Assembly (NCBI GenBank): GCA_944393325.1
Contig: CALXZU010000001.1
Span: forward strand, 35,209-99,208
Origin: an uncultured Clostridia bacterium
Lineage (GTDB): Bacteria; Bacillota; Clostridia; TANB77; CAG-508
Length of the DNA: 64,000 bases
Direction: 5' to 3'
Below are positions 48,514 to 58,423 of this stretch, in pieces. Made by a program: the position numbers and the translations under genes. The notes below the pieces were generated by a model, which was not told where the DNA came from, ran no database searches, and saw nothing but the letters and a program-made list of their open reading frames with translations. Every line of letters starts with the position of its first letter. Positions within the stretch are counted from its first letter, which is position 1.

Positions 48514-49860
48514 ATGCCAACATATGTATATAAGGCGGTGACAAGACAAGGAGTAATTGTAAGGAATAAAGTAGAAGTAGCAAGTAGGCAATATCTAATA
48601 AAAACTCTAAAAAATAACAATCTGCTTCCAATATCAATAGAGCAAATGGCTTATCATTCTAAAAATGCTCCTAAAAAGCAAAAAAAGAATGTAACAAATA
48701 TCCAAGAGATAATGAAAAATGTAAATACAACTCAAATAGCAGGAGATAGAAAAAAATTAACAACAAAAGAGAAAATAAATCTTTATTTTGCAAAAACTGA
48801 AAAAATAACACAAAGAGATATAGTGGTATTTACGCAAAACTTTTATCTATTAAAAAAGGCTAACTTTAACAATATACATGCATTAAATACAATAATAGAG
48901 AGTACAGAAAATGTATCATTTAGAGGAATATTAGAAGATATATTAGCAGGTGTGGAAGCCGGAGAAAATATGTATACAACAATGGAATATTATTCAAATG
49001 TATTTCCATATATTTATATTAACATGATTAAAGTAGGAGAACTATCAGGTTCACTTACAAATTCATTGGAGCAAGCTGTAAAATACTTAGATGATACAGA
49101 AAGTTTGAATAGAAAATTAAAATCAATATTAATACCAAATATTATACAATTTGTATTATTAATAGTAATGTTACTAGTAGGAACATTATTTGCGATACCA
49201 GCAATACAAGGAGTATTTGATGAAGTAGGAACAGAAGAAGAATTACCTGCAATTACATTGTGGTTTGCTGACTTTGTAGATAAAGCGGTACAATATTGGT
49301 ATATACCAGTACTTATATTAATTGCAATAGTTGGAATAATTGTATTTTATGTAAATACGCCAAAAGGAAAATATAATTACCATTATTTTAAATATAGAAT
49401 GCCAATATTCGGAGAATTAATATTTGCATTAGATTTTAATAGATTAATGAAAGCAATGCTACTTAACTTAAGAAATGGTATGAGAATACAAGAATCAATA
49501 GAAGTAAGTAAAAATGTAGTTAAAAATTATGTAATGCTATCAATAATAGAAACATCTATAAATAATATATTAATAGGTCAATCATGGATAGAACCATTTG
49601 AAAAATCAGGTTTAGCAAAACCAATGATTACAGAAATGCTTAAAATAGGTATGCAAACAGACTTACCAGAAATGATGGAAAAATTAGTAGAATATATGCA
49701 AATAGATATAGACAATATAATGAACAAAATAATGAAGGCACTACCACAAGTTGTTTATGCAATAGTAGGTGTAGTATTAATATTCTTCGTATTAGTAGTG
49801 TTAGTACCTTGTGTACAAGTATATATGGGAAACTTCTTATTCTCAGCATATGGGGTATAA
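48514..49860 (+). CDS. pilC: type IV pilus platform protein PilC (GspF family)
   Basis: 448 aa with duplicated T2SSF domains and three TM segments. Confidence 0.9.
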   Translation: MPTYVYKAVTRQGVIVRNKVEVASRQYLIKTLKNNNLLPISIEQMAYHSKNAPKKQKKNVTNIQEIMKNVNTTQIAGDRKKLTTKEKINLYFAKTEKITQRDIVVFTQNFYLLKKANFNNIHALNTIIESTENVSFRGILEDILAGVEAGENMYTTMEYYSNVFPYIYINMIKVGELSGSLTNSLEQAVKYLDDTESLNRKLKSILIPNIIQFVLLIVMLLVGTLFAIPAIQGVFDEVGTEEELPAITLWFADFVDKAVQYWYIPVLILIAIVGIIVFYVNTPKGKYNYHYFKYRMPIFGELIFALDFNRLMKAMLLNLRNGMRIQESIEVSKNVVKNYVMLSIIETSINNILIGQSWIEPFEKSGLAKPMITEMLKIGMQTDLPEMMEKLVEYMQIDIDNIMNKIMKALPQVVYAIVGVVLIFFVLVVLVPCVQVYMGNFLFSAYGV

Positions 49861-49933
49861 GAAAAATAAAATGGGAAAGAGAAGTATATTCTTTTTCTCA
49901 TTTTTGATATTAAAATTGAAAGGAAGTCGAAAT

Positions 49934-52072
49934 ATGGGTTTCAAGTTAAAGCCACATAATGTAGAGGCATATGAAAAAGTAAAAGAAAAATTGAAAAAAG
50001 AAAGATATGCAGCAGTAATACAACCAACAGGAACAGGAAAATCATATATAGCATTAAAATTAATAGAAGAAACAGATGGAAATTCAGTATATGTAGCACC
50101 ATCAAATTTAATAATAAATCAAATAAAAGAAACAATAGAAGAAGCAAGAAAAAGAGGAGAGCTTACACAAGAAGAATATGAAAAATATAAAAAAATAAAA
50201 TTTATAACATATTCAAAATTAATGAACGAAAAATTTGAAAAAAAAGACCAATATTCTTTAATAATATTAGACGAATTTCATAGATGTGGAGCACCCGAGT
50301 GGCAAAAAGGAGTAAAAAGATTATTAGAAAACAACAAAGGGGCAAGAGTATTAGGATTAACAGCAACACCAATAAGAGCAACAGATGGAAAAGATATGGC
50401 AAAAGAATTATTTTTAGGAAATGTAGCATCAGAAATGTATTTAGAAGAAGCAGTAGCAAGAGGAATAATAAATCCAGGAATATATATAAATGCTATGTAT
50501 TCATTTACCGGAATGATAAATGAAATGGAAAATAAGGTTGAAAAAATAGGAAATAAAGACTTAAAAGAAGAATTAAGGAAAAAAATAAAAAAAGCAAAAG
50601 ACTTAGTTGGAAAAACAGAAGGTTTTAGAGAAATAATTAGAAAATATATAGGAAAAGAAAGTGGAAAAAGTGATGGAAAATACATTGTATTTTGTAAAAA
50701 TATAAAAGATATGCATAAAAAAATGATTGAACTTAAAACTATATTAGAAGATGAAGAAAATTTAAAATTATATGCAATATCATCAAGAAAAAGAGAAAGT
50801 TTAAATGAAAAAACATTAGAAGACTTTAAAAAATCAGAAGAAGGAATTAATTTATTATTTGCAGTAGATAAATTAAATGAGGGAATACATATAGATGGGA
50901 TAGACGGAGTTATAATGCTAAGGCAAACAGAGTCGCCAATAATATATATGCAACAATTAGGAAGAGCATTATCAGTTGGAAATAAAGGAACACCTTTAGT
51001 ATTAGACTTAGTAAATAATATAGAAAATAGTAATTATATATATAGATTTGTAAAAAGAGTACAAGAAGTAAGAAAAAAAGAAAGCAGGAATGATGACAAA
51101 AATGAAAATGGAAAGCAATCAAAAAGAGAAGAGACAATTGATACTATAAATGTAATCGAATTACAAAGAGAAATAAAAGAGGTATTAGAAAGCATAAATG
51201 AAAAATTAAATAGAGAAATGTCACTTGAAGAAATTATAGAAAATTATATAAAACATTGTGAAAATGGAAATCAAGAAAATTCACCAGAAGTAAAAAAATA
51301 TGAAACAATAATAAGAAGGGCAAAGAAAAATGGTAAACTTACGTTAGAACAAATAGAAAAGCTGGAAAATATGGGGATAATATGGAAAGGAAAAGAAAGA
51401 ACACTAGATGATGAAATAAGAGATTTGATAAATGGAAAAGGAAGTAAAAAAGGAGAAAGCATAATAAGAAGAGCAAAAAGAAATGGATGGTTGAGTAGAG
51501 AACAAATAATTGCAGTAGAAAATGCGGGAATAGTATGGAGAGGAAAAGAAAGAACAGTAGATGACGAAATAAGAGATTTTGTAAATGGAAGAGGAAGTAA
51601 AAGGGGAGAACGTATAATAAGAAGAGAAAAAAGAGATGGAAAGTTAAGCGAAGAACAAATAATTGCAGTAGAGGATGCAGGAATAATATGGAGAGGAAAT
51701 GAATTGACATTACACGATATGGTAAGAACTGTAATAAAATATATGCAAATAAGTGAAAAAAGTGAGAATTCACAAGAAGAGAATGTGTCAGATACAAAAA
51801 TACTAATTGAAAAATATAAAAAAGAACTAATAAGAAGATGCGAGCAATTAGTAGACGAAGATTTTGAAGCTCTCCAAAATGTAGGTGTGAAGTTTCCACA
51901 AGGTAAAATTTTAAGAAGGTTAAGAGCACAGAAGGAAAAATTAGAAAGAATGGAAGAACAAGCAAAAGAGTTATTAGAAGAATGTGAGAGATTAGATGAA
52001 AAAAACAGTCGAGATAAATGCGATAAAAATGAAGAAGAGAGTATAGAAATCAAAGATAATGAAAATAGATAA
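49934..52072 (+). CDS. superfamily-2 DEAD/DEAH-type helicase with three C-terminal helicase-associated (HA) repeats
   Basis: Motif I QPTGTGKS, motif II ILDEFHRCG, motif III LGLTATP. Three repeats of about 41 aa (IIRRAK+NG.L..EQI..+E.AGI.W+G.E). Start set at ATG 49934 behind AAAGGAAG rather than inside pilC. Confidence 0.8.
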   Translation: MGFKLKPHNVEAYEKVKEKLKKERYAAVIQPTGTGKSYIALKLIEETDGNSVYVAPSNLIINQIKETIEEARKRGELTQEEYEKYKKIKFITYSKLMNEKFEKKDQYSLIILDEFHRCGAPEWQKGVKRLLENNKGARVLGLTATPIRATDGKDMAKELFLGNVASEMYLEEAVARGIINPGIYINAMYSFTGMINEMENKVEKIGNKDLKEELRKKIKKAKDLVGKTEGFREIIRKYIGKESGKSDGKYIVFCKNIKDMHKKMIELKTILEDEENLKLYAISSRKRESLNEKTLEDFKKSEEGINLLFAVDKLNEGIHIDGIDGVIMLRQTESPIIYMQQLGRALSVGNKGTPLVLDLVNNIENSNYIYRFVKRVQEVRKKESRNDDKNENGKQSKREETIDTINVIELQREIKEVLESINEKLNREMSLEEIIENYIKHCENGNQENSPEVKKYETIIRRAKKNGKLTLEQIEKLENMGIIWKGKERTLDDEIRDLINGKGSKKGESIIRRAKRNGWLSREQIIAVENAGIVWRGKERTVDDEIRDFVNGRGSKRGERIIRREKRDGKLSEEQIIAVEDAGIIWRGNELTLHDMVRTVIKYMQISEKSENSQEENVSDTKILIEKYKKELIRRCEQLVDEDFEALQNVGVKFPQGKILRRLRAQKEKLERMEEQAKELLEECERLDEKNSRDKCDKNEEESIEIKDNENR

Positions 52073-52120
52073 AGTTTATAAAAAGTAATAAAAAGAAAAA
52101 ATTAAAGGAAGATAATAGAA

Positions 52121-52321
52121 ATGGTTGAAGAAAAAATGGAAATAGAAAAAGAAAGAATTTTAGAATTACAAAAAAGATATGAAGAAGGAAAAATAACAGA
52201 AAGTGAAATTTCTAAGAAAGATATAGAAAAATTAATGGAATTATATAAAAAACAAATAGAGAAAAAAAGAGAAAGTATAAAAAATTATAAGAATAAAATA
52301 GAAAAATATATAAAAAAATAA
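52121..52321 (+). CDS. hypothetical Lys/Glu-rich helical protein (66 aa)
   Basis: ORF with an AAAGGAAG RBS. No family recognised. Confidence 0.4.
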   Translation: MVEEKMEIEKERILELQKRYEEGKITESEISKKDIEKLMELYKKQIEKKRESIKNYKNKIEKYIKK

Positions 52322-52367
52322 AAGTCGTTTTTATATATCCTTAAAACGACTTGATAAAGGAGGATAT

Positions 52368-53288
52368 ATGAAAGAGAAGAAACAGGTGAAAATAGGAATA
52401 GATTTAGGTGGAAGCCATATAGCAATAGGTGTAATTGATAAAAATGGAAAAATTTTAGATAAAATAGAAAAAAAGCTGAAAGGTATTGTTACAAAAGAAG
52501 TTAAAGATGTGATAGAAAAAACAATTGTAGATGCAGTAGAAAAGTTTAAAGAAGAATATAAGATAATAGAAATTGGAATTGCAATACCGGGAACAGTAAA
52601 TGATAGAGAAATAGTAAAATCAGTAAATTTAGGTCTAAAAAATTATAAAATTGTGGACAAGTTGGAAGAAAAAATACATTTCCCTATAAAAATAAAAAAT
52701 GATGCAAAATCAGCAGCAATAGCAGAAAGTACATATGGGGCATTAAAACAGTATAATAGAATATTATTTTTAACATTAGGAACTGGTGTCGGGGGAGCTG
52801 TTATAATAAATAATAAATTGTTAGATACAGGTAGTTTACCAGGGTGTGAAATTGGACATATGGTAATTGAAAAAAATGGTATAGAATGTAATTGTGGGAA
52901 AAAAGGTTGTTTTGAAAAATATGCTTCTATGAAAGTTTTTAAAAATAATTTAAGAAAAGAGTTAGGTTATGATGAAAAAGTTTCTGGGAAGGAATTGCAT
53001 TCAATAATAAAAAATATTAATGAAGATGATAAAAATTATAAGTTAATACAAAAAATAAAAAGAGAATTTGTAGAAAATTTAGCTATAGGGATATCAAATT
53101 TAGTTAATATATTTGAGCCAGAAGCTATTGGAATAGGTGGAAGTTTTGTGTATTTTGAGGATGTATTATTAGATGATTTGAAAAAAGAATTATTAACTAA
53201 AAATTTATTATTTAATAAGAGAGAAAAAATTAATATACAAACAGCGGTATTAGGTAATGAGGCTGGAATAATTGGTGCGATTTTATAG
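52368..53288 (+). CDS. glcK: ROK-family glucokinase
   Basis: IGIDLGGSHIA, LTLGTGVGGAVI, and the zinc motif GHMVIEKNGIECNCGKKGCFE. Confidence 0.85.
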   Translation: MKEKKQVKIGIDLGGSHIAIGVIDKNGKILDKIEKKLKGIVTKEVKDVIEKTIVDAVEKFKEEYKIIEIGIAIPGTVNDREIVKSVNLGLKNYKIVDKLEEKIHFPIKIKNDAKSAAIAESTYGALKQYNRILFLTLGTGVGGAVIINNKLLDTGSLPGCEIGHMVIEKNGIECNCGKKGCFEKYASMKVFKNNLRKELGYDEKVSGKELHSIIKNINEDDKNYKLIQKIKREFVENLAIGISNLVNIFEPEAIGIGGSFVYFEDVLLDDLKKELLTKNLLFNKREKINIQTAVLGNEAGIIGAIL

Positions 53289-53314
53289 ATAAACATGGAA
53301 AATTATTTCCATGT

Positions 53315-54545
53315 TTATTTTCTACATGTAGAAATTCTAATAATATTTCCGGCATAAATAAGATTAGGATTTGAAATATTATTTAAAGTAGCAATTTCAT
53401 TTACAGTAGTTCCATATTCTTGTGCGATTTCGCTTAAAGTGTCTCCTCTTTTTATAGTATATAAAACTTTTCCACATTCATTACCTAAATTTGTAGTGTT
53501 ACTAGTAATTGTAATTTTTTCACCAGGATAAATTAAATTAGGATTACTAATATTATTAATAGCTACTAAATTAGATACAGTTGTATTATATTTAGATGCT
53601 ATTTGACTTAATGTGTCTCCAGAAACTACAGTATAAATTATTGTATTAGAAGTATTTGAGTTTCCATTGTTTTTAATAGTAAATTGTTCACCTGGATAAA
53701 TTAAATTAGGGTTTTTAATAGAGGGATTTAAAGAAACAATTTCATTTACAGTAGTTCCATATTCTCTTGCGATTTTACTTAGAGTATCACCTGGTTTTAC
53801 AGTGTAAATAATTGTATTATCTTGTGTTGGAGTTTCGGGACTTGGAAGAGGTGTTGTGTTAGATAGTAATACCCCATCAGTGAATCTATTTCTATCTACA
53901 TTACCAGAAATGCCAGAGACTCTTCCTGTACTGGTATATTGCCAACCAACCCAAGTCGACCATTTATCATTTCCGACCTGGTTCACTTACTCCATAATTT
54001 GCAACCCAAAGTGGATAAATAGCTAAATCAGAACTGAAAATAGTTCTTGCTGAATAGCTATTACTATAAATTAGAACTTCTTTATTAGTGACACTTGAAA
54101 GTGTTTCTAAAAATACTTTTGAGATTTCATTTATTTGGCTAATACTTAAATTTCCAAAAGATTCAAAGTCCATAGCAAGCCTACAATCAGGTTGTTTTCC
54201 TGAAATTACACGAGCAAAAAAATTTGCTTGGTTTCTAGCTTCTTCAGTACTTCTTGCTGTTACATAATGATAAAAACCTACTTTTAGTCCATTTGCCTTT
54301 GCATTTTGGTAATTTTTTTCAAAATATGGATCTATATAAGTGCTTCCTTCACTTGATTTTATATAAACAATTTCTATACCAGAATTTTTTACACTAGCAA
54401 AGTCAATATTTCCTTGCCATGAACTAACATCTATTCCTTGATAAATTGTAGAACTAGAAGGCCCAAAAGCAAGAGAAGGAATAAAAGAGAAAAGCATAAA
54501 AAATATTGTTAAAAATAATATAAGAAACTTATTTTTATAATTCAT
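53315..54545 (-). CDS. GH25 muramidase with three LysM repeats, frameshifted at CGG (plus 53975-53973)
   Basis: Signal peptide plus the GH25 core ([18 protein letters not shown]) in ORF 53967..54728. Skipping the C joins ...[42 protein letters not shown], followed by three LysM repeats ([13 protein letters not shown]...). Start set at ATG 54545 behind GGAGG. Confidence 0.85.
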
Positions 54546-54911
54546 AAAAAAACCTCCTTCTTTACATAATATGTGACAACAAGGATTAAATTGAATAAAT
54601 ATAGATATTAAATGTTTTTGATTGGTGGATAAAAAGTTTGAAAAAAAATTAATGTTTGATTTGATTTTTTTAAAATTATATGTTATTATATGAAAAAGTT
54701 TTATTTTTAAATTTATTTCAATTATCAAAAAAAGTCTAAATTTTCAATAGTTTTACATTCTAATCTTCAAGAATATTTTAGATTTAGTATTGACTAAAAA
54801 GAAGGCTAATAGTAAAATATATTTTATATAAAGGTGAATAGAAATTAGCAGTTTTAGTTAGATATGCTTAAACGATAAATTAATAACAATAAAAATGAAA
54901 GGAGTGATGAT

Positions 54912-55337
54912 ATGGAAGAAAAAATTTTAAATATTCTTAGTGAAATTAAAGAAAGACAAATAGCAATGGAAGAAAGACAACTTACAATGGAAGAAAGACA
55001 ACTTGCGATGGAGGAAAGACAACTTGCAATGGAGAAAAGACAAAGTACAATGGAAAAAAGACAAAGTACAATGGAGAAGAGACAAGGTACATTGGAAGAA
55101 AATATTATTGATTTAAAGAAAAAACAGGATAAATTAATAAAAAGTCAAAATTCAATAAAAAAACTTGTCAATTCTTTAAATAGTCAAGTACAAATAATAA
55201 ATACTAATTTAGTATTTGTAAGAGAAACACAAGAAAAAATGGAAACAGAATTAAAAATAACCAAAGGAAATGTTATAAAAATTTTAGAAGAATCTGTTTA
55301 TGATAAAAAATATGGAGATATACATTTAGTAAATTAA
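54912..55337 (+). CDS. coiled-coil protein with seven tandem 7-aa (21-bp) repeats
   Basis: MEERQLT/MEERQLA/MEERQLA/MEKRQST/MEKRQST/MEKRQGT encoded at about 54964-55095. The N-terminus is paralogous to ORF 23164. Confidence 0.6.
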   Translation: MEEKILNILSEIKERQIAMEERQLTMEERQLAMEERQLAMEKRQSTMEKRQSTMEKRQGTLEENIIDLKKKQDKLIKSQNSIKKLVNSLNSQVQIINTNLVFVRETQEKMETELKITKGNVIKILEESVYDKKYGDIHLVN

Positions 55338-55464
55338 TTTAGAAATGAAATAAATGAAAATATAAAACTTATAATAAGCCTTCTTATACAAATTTTCACA
55401 AAATAACTCTTGCTGTTAAATTATATAGAAAGAGTTATTTTTGTAAATTTCTTAAAAATAAGTT

Positions 55465-55493
55465 TTGATTTTTCCTTTAAATTGTGGTATAAT
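55465..55493 (+). promoter_or_regulatory. promoter of gltX
   Basis: TTGATT (55465-55470), 17 nt, then TGgTATAAT (extended -10, TATAAT at 55488-55493). Confidence 0.5.
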
Positions 55494-55528
55494 TCCAATG
55501 TCAATTTAGAATTTAAGGAGAGGTAAAA

Positions 55529-57187
55529 ATGGATTATAAAGATTTAGCAGATTTAATATTTCCTAATAGCAAAGAAATATCATATTATGAGGAAAAATAT
55601 CCAAGAAGAAATTTAAAAGAAGGAGCAATTGTTACAAGATTTGCACCAAGTCCAACTGGTTTTGTACATATAGGAGGGCTTTATCAAAGTTTAATTGCAA
55701 AAAAACTTGCAAATCAAACAGAAGGGGTATTTTTCTTAAGAATAGAAGATACAGATCAAAAAAGAGAAGTTGAAAATGGTGTTACAGATATAGTAAAATC
55801 TTTAAAAGATTTTGATTTAGAACCTGATGAAGGAATGACTTCAGAAACTGAAGAAAAAGGAGAATATGGACCTTATAAACAGTCAAAAAGAAAAGATATA
55901 TATCAAACATATGCAAAATATTTAATAGAACAGGGAAAAGCATATCCATGTTTTTGCACTCCTGAAGAAGGAGAAAAAATAAGAAAAAAACAAGAAGAGG
56001 CAAAAATTAGACCGGGATATTATGGTGTATGGGCAAAGTGTAGACATCTTACTGTTGAGGAAATGGTAGAAAAAATTAAAAATGGAGAAAAATATATAAT
56101 ACGTTTTAAATCACCAGGTAGAGAAGATAGAAAAATAAAACATAAAGATGTTATAAAAGGTAATGTGGAGTTTCCTGAAAATGACCAAGACATTGTTATA
56201 ATCAAAGCAGATGGATTACCTACATACCACTTTGCACACGCAGTTGATGACCATTTAATGGGAACAACACATGTTATTCGTGGAGATGAATGGCTTTCTT
56301 CAGTTCCATTACATATACAATTGTTCCATGAATTAGGATTTAAACCACCAAAATATGCACATATAGCACCAATCATGAAAAATGATAATGGTAATAAAAG
56401 AAAACTAAGTAAAAGAAAAGATCCTGAAGCGGCAGTAAGTTATTATGAAGAACAAGGAATTCCAAAAGAAGCGGTTAAGGAATATTTATTAAATATTGCA
56501 AACTCTACATTTGAAAATTGGAGAAGGGCAAATCCTAATAAAAGTTTAGAAGAATTCCAATTACAATTAAATAAAATGAGTGTAAGTGGTGCCCTTTTTG
56601 ACATGGTTAAGTTATTAGATGTAGGAAAAACTGTAATATCTAAATTTACAGCAGAAGAAGTTTATGTAGAAGCATTAAAATGGGCAAAAAGACATGATGA
56701 GGAATTGGAAAAAGTTTTAGAAGATAAAGAATATTCATTAAAAGTATTTGGAATAGAAAGAGGAAATAAGAAACCTAGAAAAGATATAGCAAAATGGTCA
56801 GATGTTAAAGAAAATATAGAATATATGTATGATGAATTATTTTATAATAAAAAACAAGATTATCCATATCAAGTAATAAATAATAAAGAAGAAATAGAAA
56901 AAATATTAACTCTTTATATAGAAAAATATTATGATGATAATGATGATAAACAAATATGGTTTAATAAAATAAAGGAACTTTCAGGAGAATTAGGCTATGC
57001 AAAAGAAGTTAAAGAGTTTAAAGAAAATCCAGGAAAATATACAGCTCATGTAGGTGATGTAAGTACAGTATTAAGAGTAGCATTAACTTCAAGAACTAAC
57101 ACTCCAGACATGTATGAGATTATGAAAGTTTTAGGAAAAGATAAAGTAGCAGAAAGATTTAAAAAGGCAATAGAAGAGTTAGGATAA
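55529..57187 (+). CDS. gltX: glutamate--tRNA ligase
   Basis: RFAPSPTGFVHIGG (HIGH), KLSKRK (KMSKS), 552 aa. Confidence 0.95.
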   Translation: MDYKDLADLIFPNSKEISYYEEKYPRRNLKEGAIVTRFAPSPTGFVHIGGLYQSLIAKKLANQTEGVFFLRIEDTDQKREVENGVTDIVKSLKDFDLEPDEGMTSETEEKGEYGPYKQSKRKDIYQTYAKYLIEQGKAYPCFCTPEEGEKIRKKQEEAKIRPGYYGVWAKCRHLTVEEMVEKIKNGEKYIIRFKSPGREDRKIKHKDVIKGNVEFPENDQDIVIIKADGLPTYHFAHAVDDHLMGTTHVIRGDEWLSSVPLHIQLFHELGFKPPKYAHIAPIMKNDNGNKRKLSKRKDPEAAVSYYEEQGIPKEAVKEYLLNIANSTFENWRRANPNKSLEEFQLQLNKMSVSGALFDMVKLLDVGKTVISKFTAEEVYVEALKWAKRHDEELEKVLEDKEYSLKVFGIERGNKKPRKDIAKWSDVKENIEYMYDELFYNKKQDYPYQVINNKEEIEKILTLYIEKYYDDNDDKQIWFNKIKELSGELGYAKEVKEFKENPGKYTAHVGDVSTVLRVALTSRTNTPDMYEIMKVLGKDKVAERFKKAIEELG

Positions 57188-57200
57188 GGAATGAGTTATT

Positions 57201-57392
57201 ATGGAATACAAAATAGGTGATATTGTAAGAACTAAAAAGCAACATCCATGTGGAAGTAAACTTTGGGAAATAACAAGAATAGGAGTAGACTTTAAATTAA
57301 AATGCCAAGGGTGTGGACATGTTATTATTTTAGAAAGAGAGAAAGCAAAAAAAATAATTACTAAAATAGAGAAGAAAGCAGATGAAAATTAG
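57201..57392 (+). CDS. DUF951-family protein
   Basis: 63 aa. Carries the DIV..KK.HPCGS..WEI.R.G.D.KLKC..CGH pattern. Confidence 0.7.
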   Translation: MEYKIGDIVRTKKQHPCGSKLWEITRIGVDFKLKCQGCGHVIILEREKAKKIITKIEKKADEN

Positions 57393-57478
57393 ATTTAATA
57401 AATAACCAAAATACAAAATTAGACATATAATACAATATAGTATTAAATAAAATACTATATTGGAGGTGCAAAAAGATA

Positions 57479-57754
57479 ATGGAGCCACAAGATACAGTTT
57501 ATTGTTTTGATAATAATGATAGAAAATGTAAAGATAAGAAAAATTGTTTAGGAATTGTTGCTGTTATTTTACTTTCATTATTTACTTTAGTAATAGGATT
57601 AATAATTGGAGCAGCTTTATCTTCAACTATTTTAGGTGCTTTACCTGCAATAATCGTATTAGCTGTTATACTTGGTTTACTATTATTATTAACAATAATA
57701 TTAATGCTTTGCAATAAAAAGAAAACAAAAAAAGCTTGTTGTTGTAAATGCTAA
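57479..57754 (+). CDS. small membrane protein with a Cys-rich C-terminus
   Basis: Two TM helices, ending KKACCCKC. GGAGGTG RBS. Confidence 0.5.
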   Translation: MEPQDTVYCFDNNDRKCKDKKNCLGIVAVILLSLFTLVIGLIIGAALSSTILGALPAIIVLAVILGLLLLLTIILMLCNKKKTKKACCCKC

Positions 57755-57763
57755 TTATATAAA

Positions 57764-57798
57764 TAAAAATAGTCATATGAAAATCATATGGCTATTTT
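57764..57798 (+). repeat. 35-bp direct repeat, copy 1 (contains a terminator-like hairpin)
   Basis: taaaaatagtcatatgaaaatcatatggctatttt, identical to 58421-58455. Confidence 0.85.
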
Positions 57799-57875
57799 TG
57801 TAAAATTTATAGTAATTTTTCAAAATTTGTGTTATACTTATAATATGAAAGTTGAGAACAGGAGCGTGAAATATA

Positions 57876-58151
57876 ATGGTTTATGAATTTGCAAAATATC
57901 CAGATGAAACATTAGTAGTTTTTTCAGATATAAGAAAAAAGGAAAATGGAGAAGAATATATAAGAATTTCTTTTGAAAGACCTACTGAAAATGGATTTGA
58001 TACAGTAGGTTTTGAACTTCCAAGTTATGATATTGTAGAAAAAGAAGGAGATTATACTGACGAGGAAATACAAGAATTTAGAGAGGTTGTAGAAAAAGGT
58101 GCACATTTATTTTTTAAATATGCCAGAGAAGGAGGAATAAAGAGTGCCTAG
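57876..58151 (+). CDS. hypothetical acidic protein (91 aa), first gene of the repeat-flanked cassette
   Basis: AGGAGCG RBS. Overlaps the start of the DUF4160-like gene. Confidence 0.5.
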   Translation: MVYEFAKYPDETLVVFSDIRKKENGEEYIRISFERPTENGFDTVGFELPSYDIVEKEGDYTDEEIQEFREVVEKGAHLFFKYAREGGIKSA

Positions 58152-58423
58152 TATTTTAGAAGTAATGCGTATATAAAATTTATTTTTGGTCAAATGAGAA
58201 TAGTGAACCTATACATATCCATATCTCTAAAGGAAAGCCAACACCAAATTCAACTAAAGTATGGCTAACGAAAGCAGGAGGCTGTATTTTGGCTAATAAT
58301 AATGGAAGAATACCAGAAAAAGAATTAAATAGATTACTAGAAATAGTTCCTATATATTATTTAAAGATAGTTTCAAAATGGAGAGAAAAATATGGTGAAG
58401 ACGAGATGAAATTTTATTGTTAA
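58144..58423 (+). pseudogene. DUF4160-family gene, frameshifted near 58166-58174
   Basis: GTG 58144 gives VPSILEVMRI then a stop. The +1 frame continues YKIYFWSNENSEPIHIHISKGKPTPNSTKVWLTKAGG..., the typical DUF4160 core. The break is not at a CGG. Confidence 0.65.

Noticed and set aside
49811-49933. ORF-track start of the helicase inside pilC (MYKYIWETSY...).
   Set aside because: It overlaps pilC by 50 nt and has no RBS. ATG 49934 has AAAGGAAG upstream, and the conserved helicase N-terminus starts there.
51271-52053. Long minus-strand ORFs (260 aa and 208 aa) opposite the helicase gene. Similar shadow ORFs occur at 715-1101, 5078-5501, 46353-46880, 50278-50685, 62831-63235, 9000-9305, 36079-36318 and 37623-37928.
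   Set aside because: They lie antisense to genes with clear family motifs and have low-complexity Leu/Phe/Ser-rich translations. They lack an RBS. They are the expected by-product of purine-rich, stop-poor antisense frames in an AT-rich genome.
54546-54728. N-terminal extension of the GH25 ORF (MIIEINLKIKLF...).
   Set aside because: There is no RBS. ATG 54545 is preceded by GGAGG and starts a typical signal peptide.
55338-55528. Possible T-box riboswitch upstream of gltX.
   Set aside because: The spacer is only about 190 nt and holds the upstream gene's terminator (aataactctt / aagagttatt) plus a promoter. There is no room and no specifier, T-box or antiterminator pattern.
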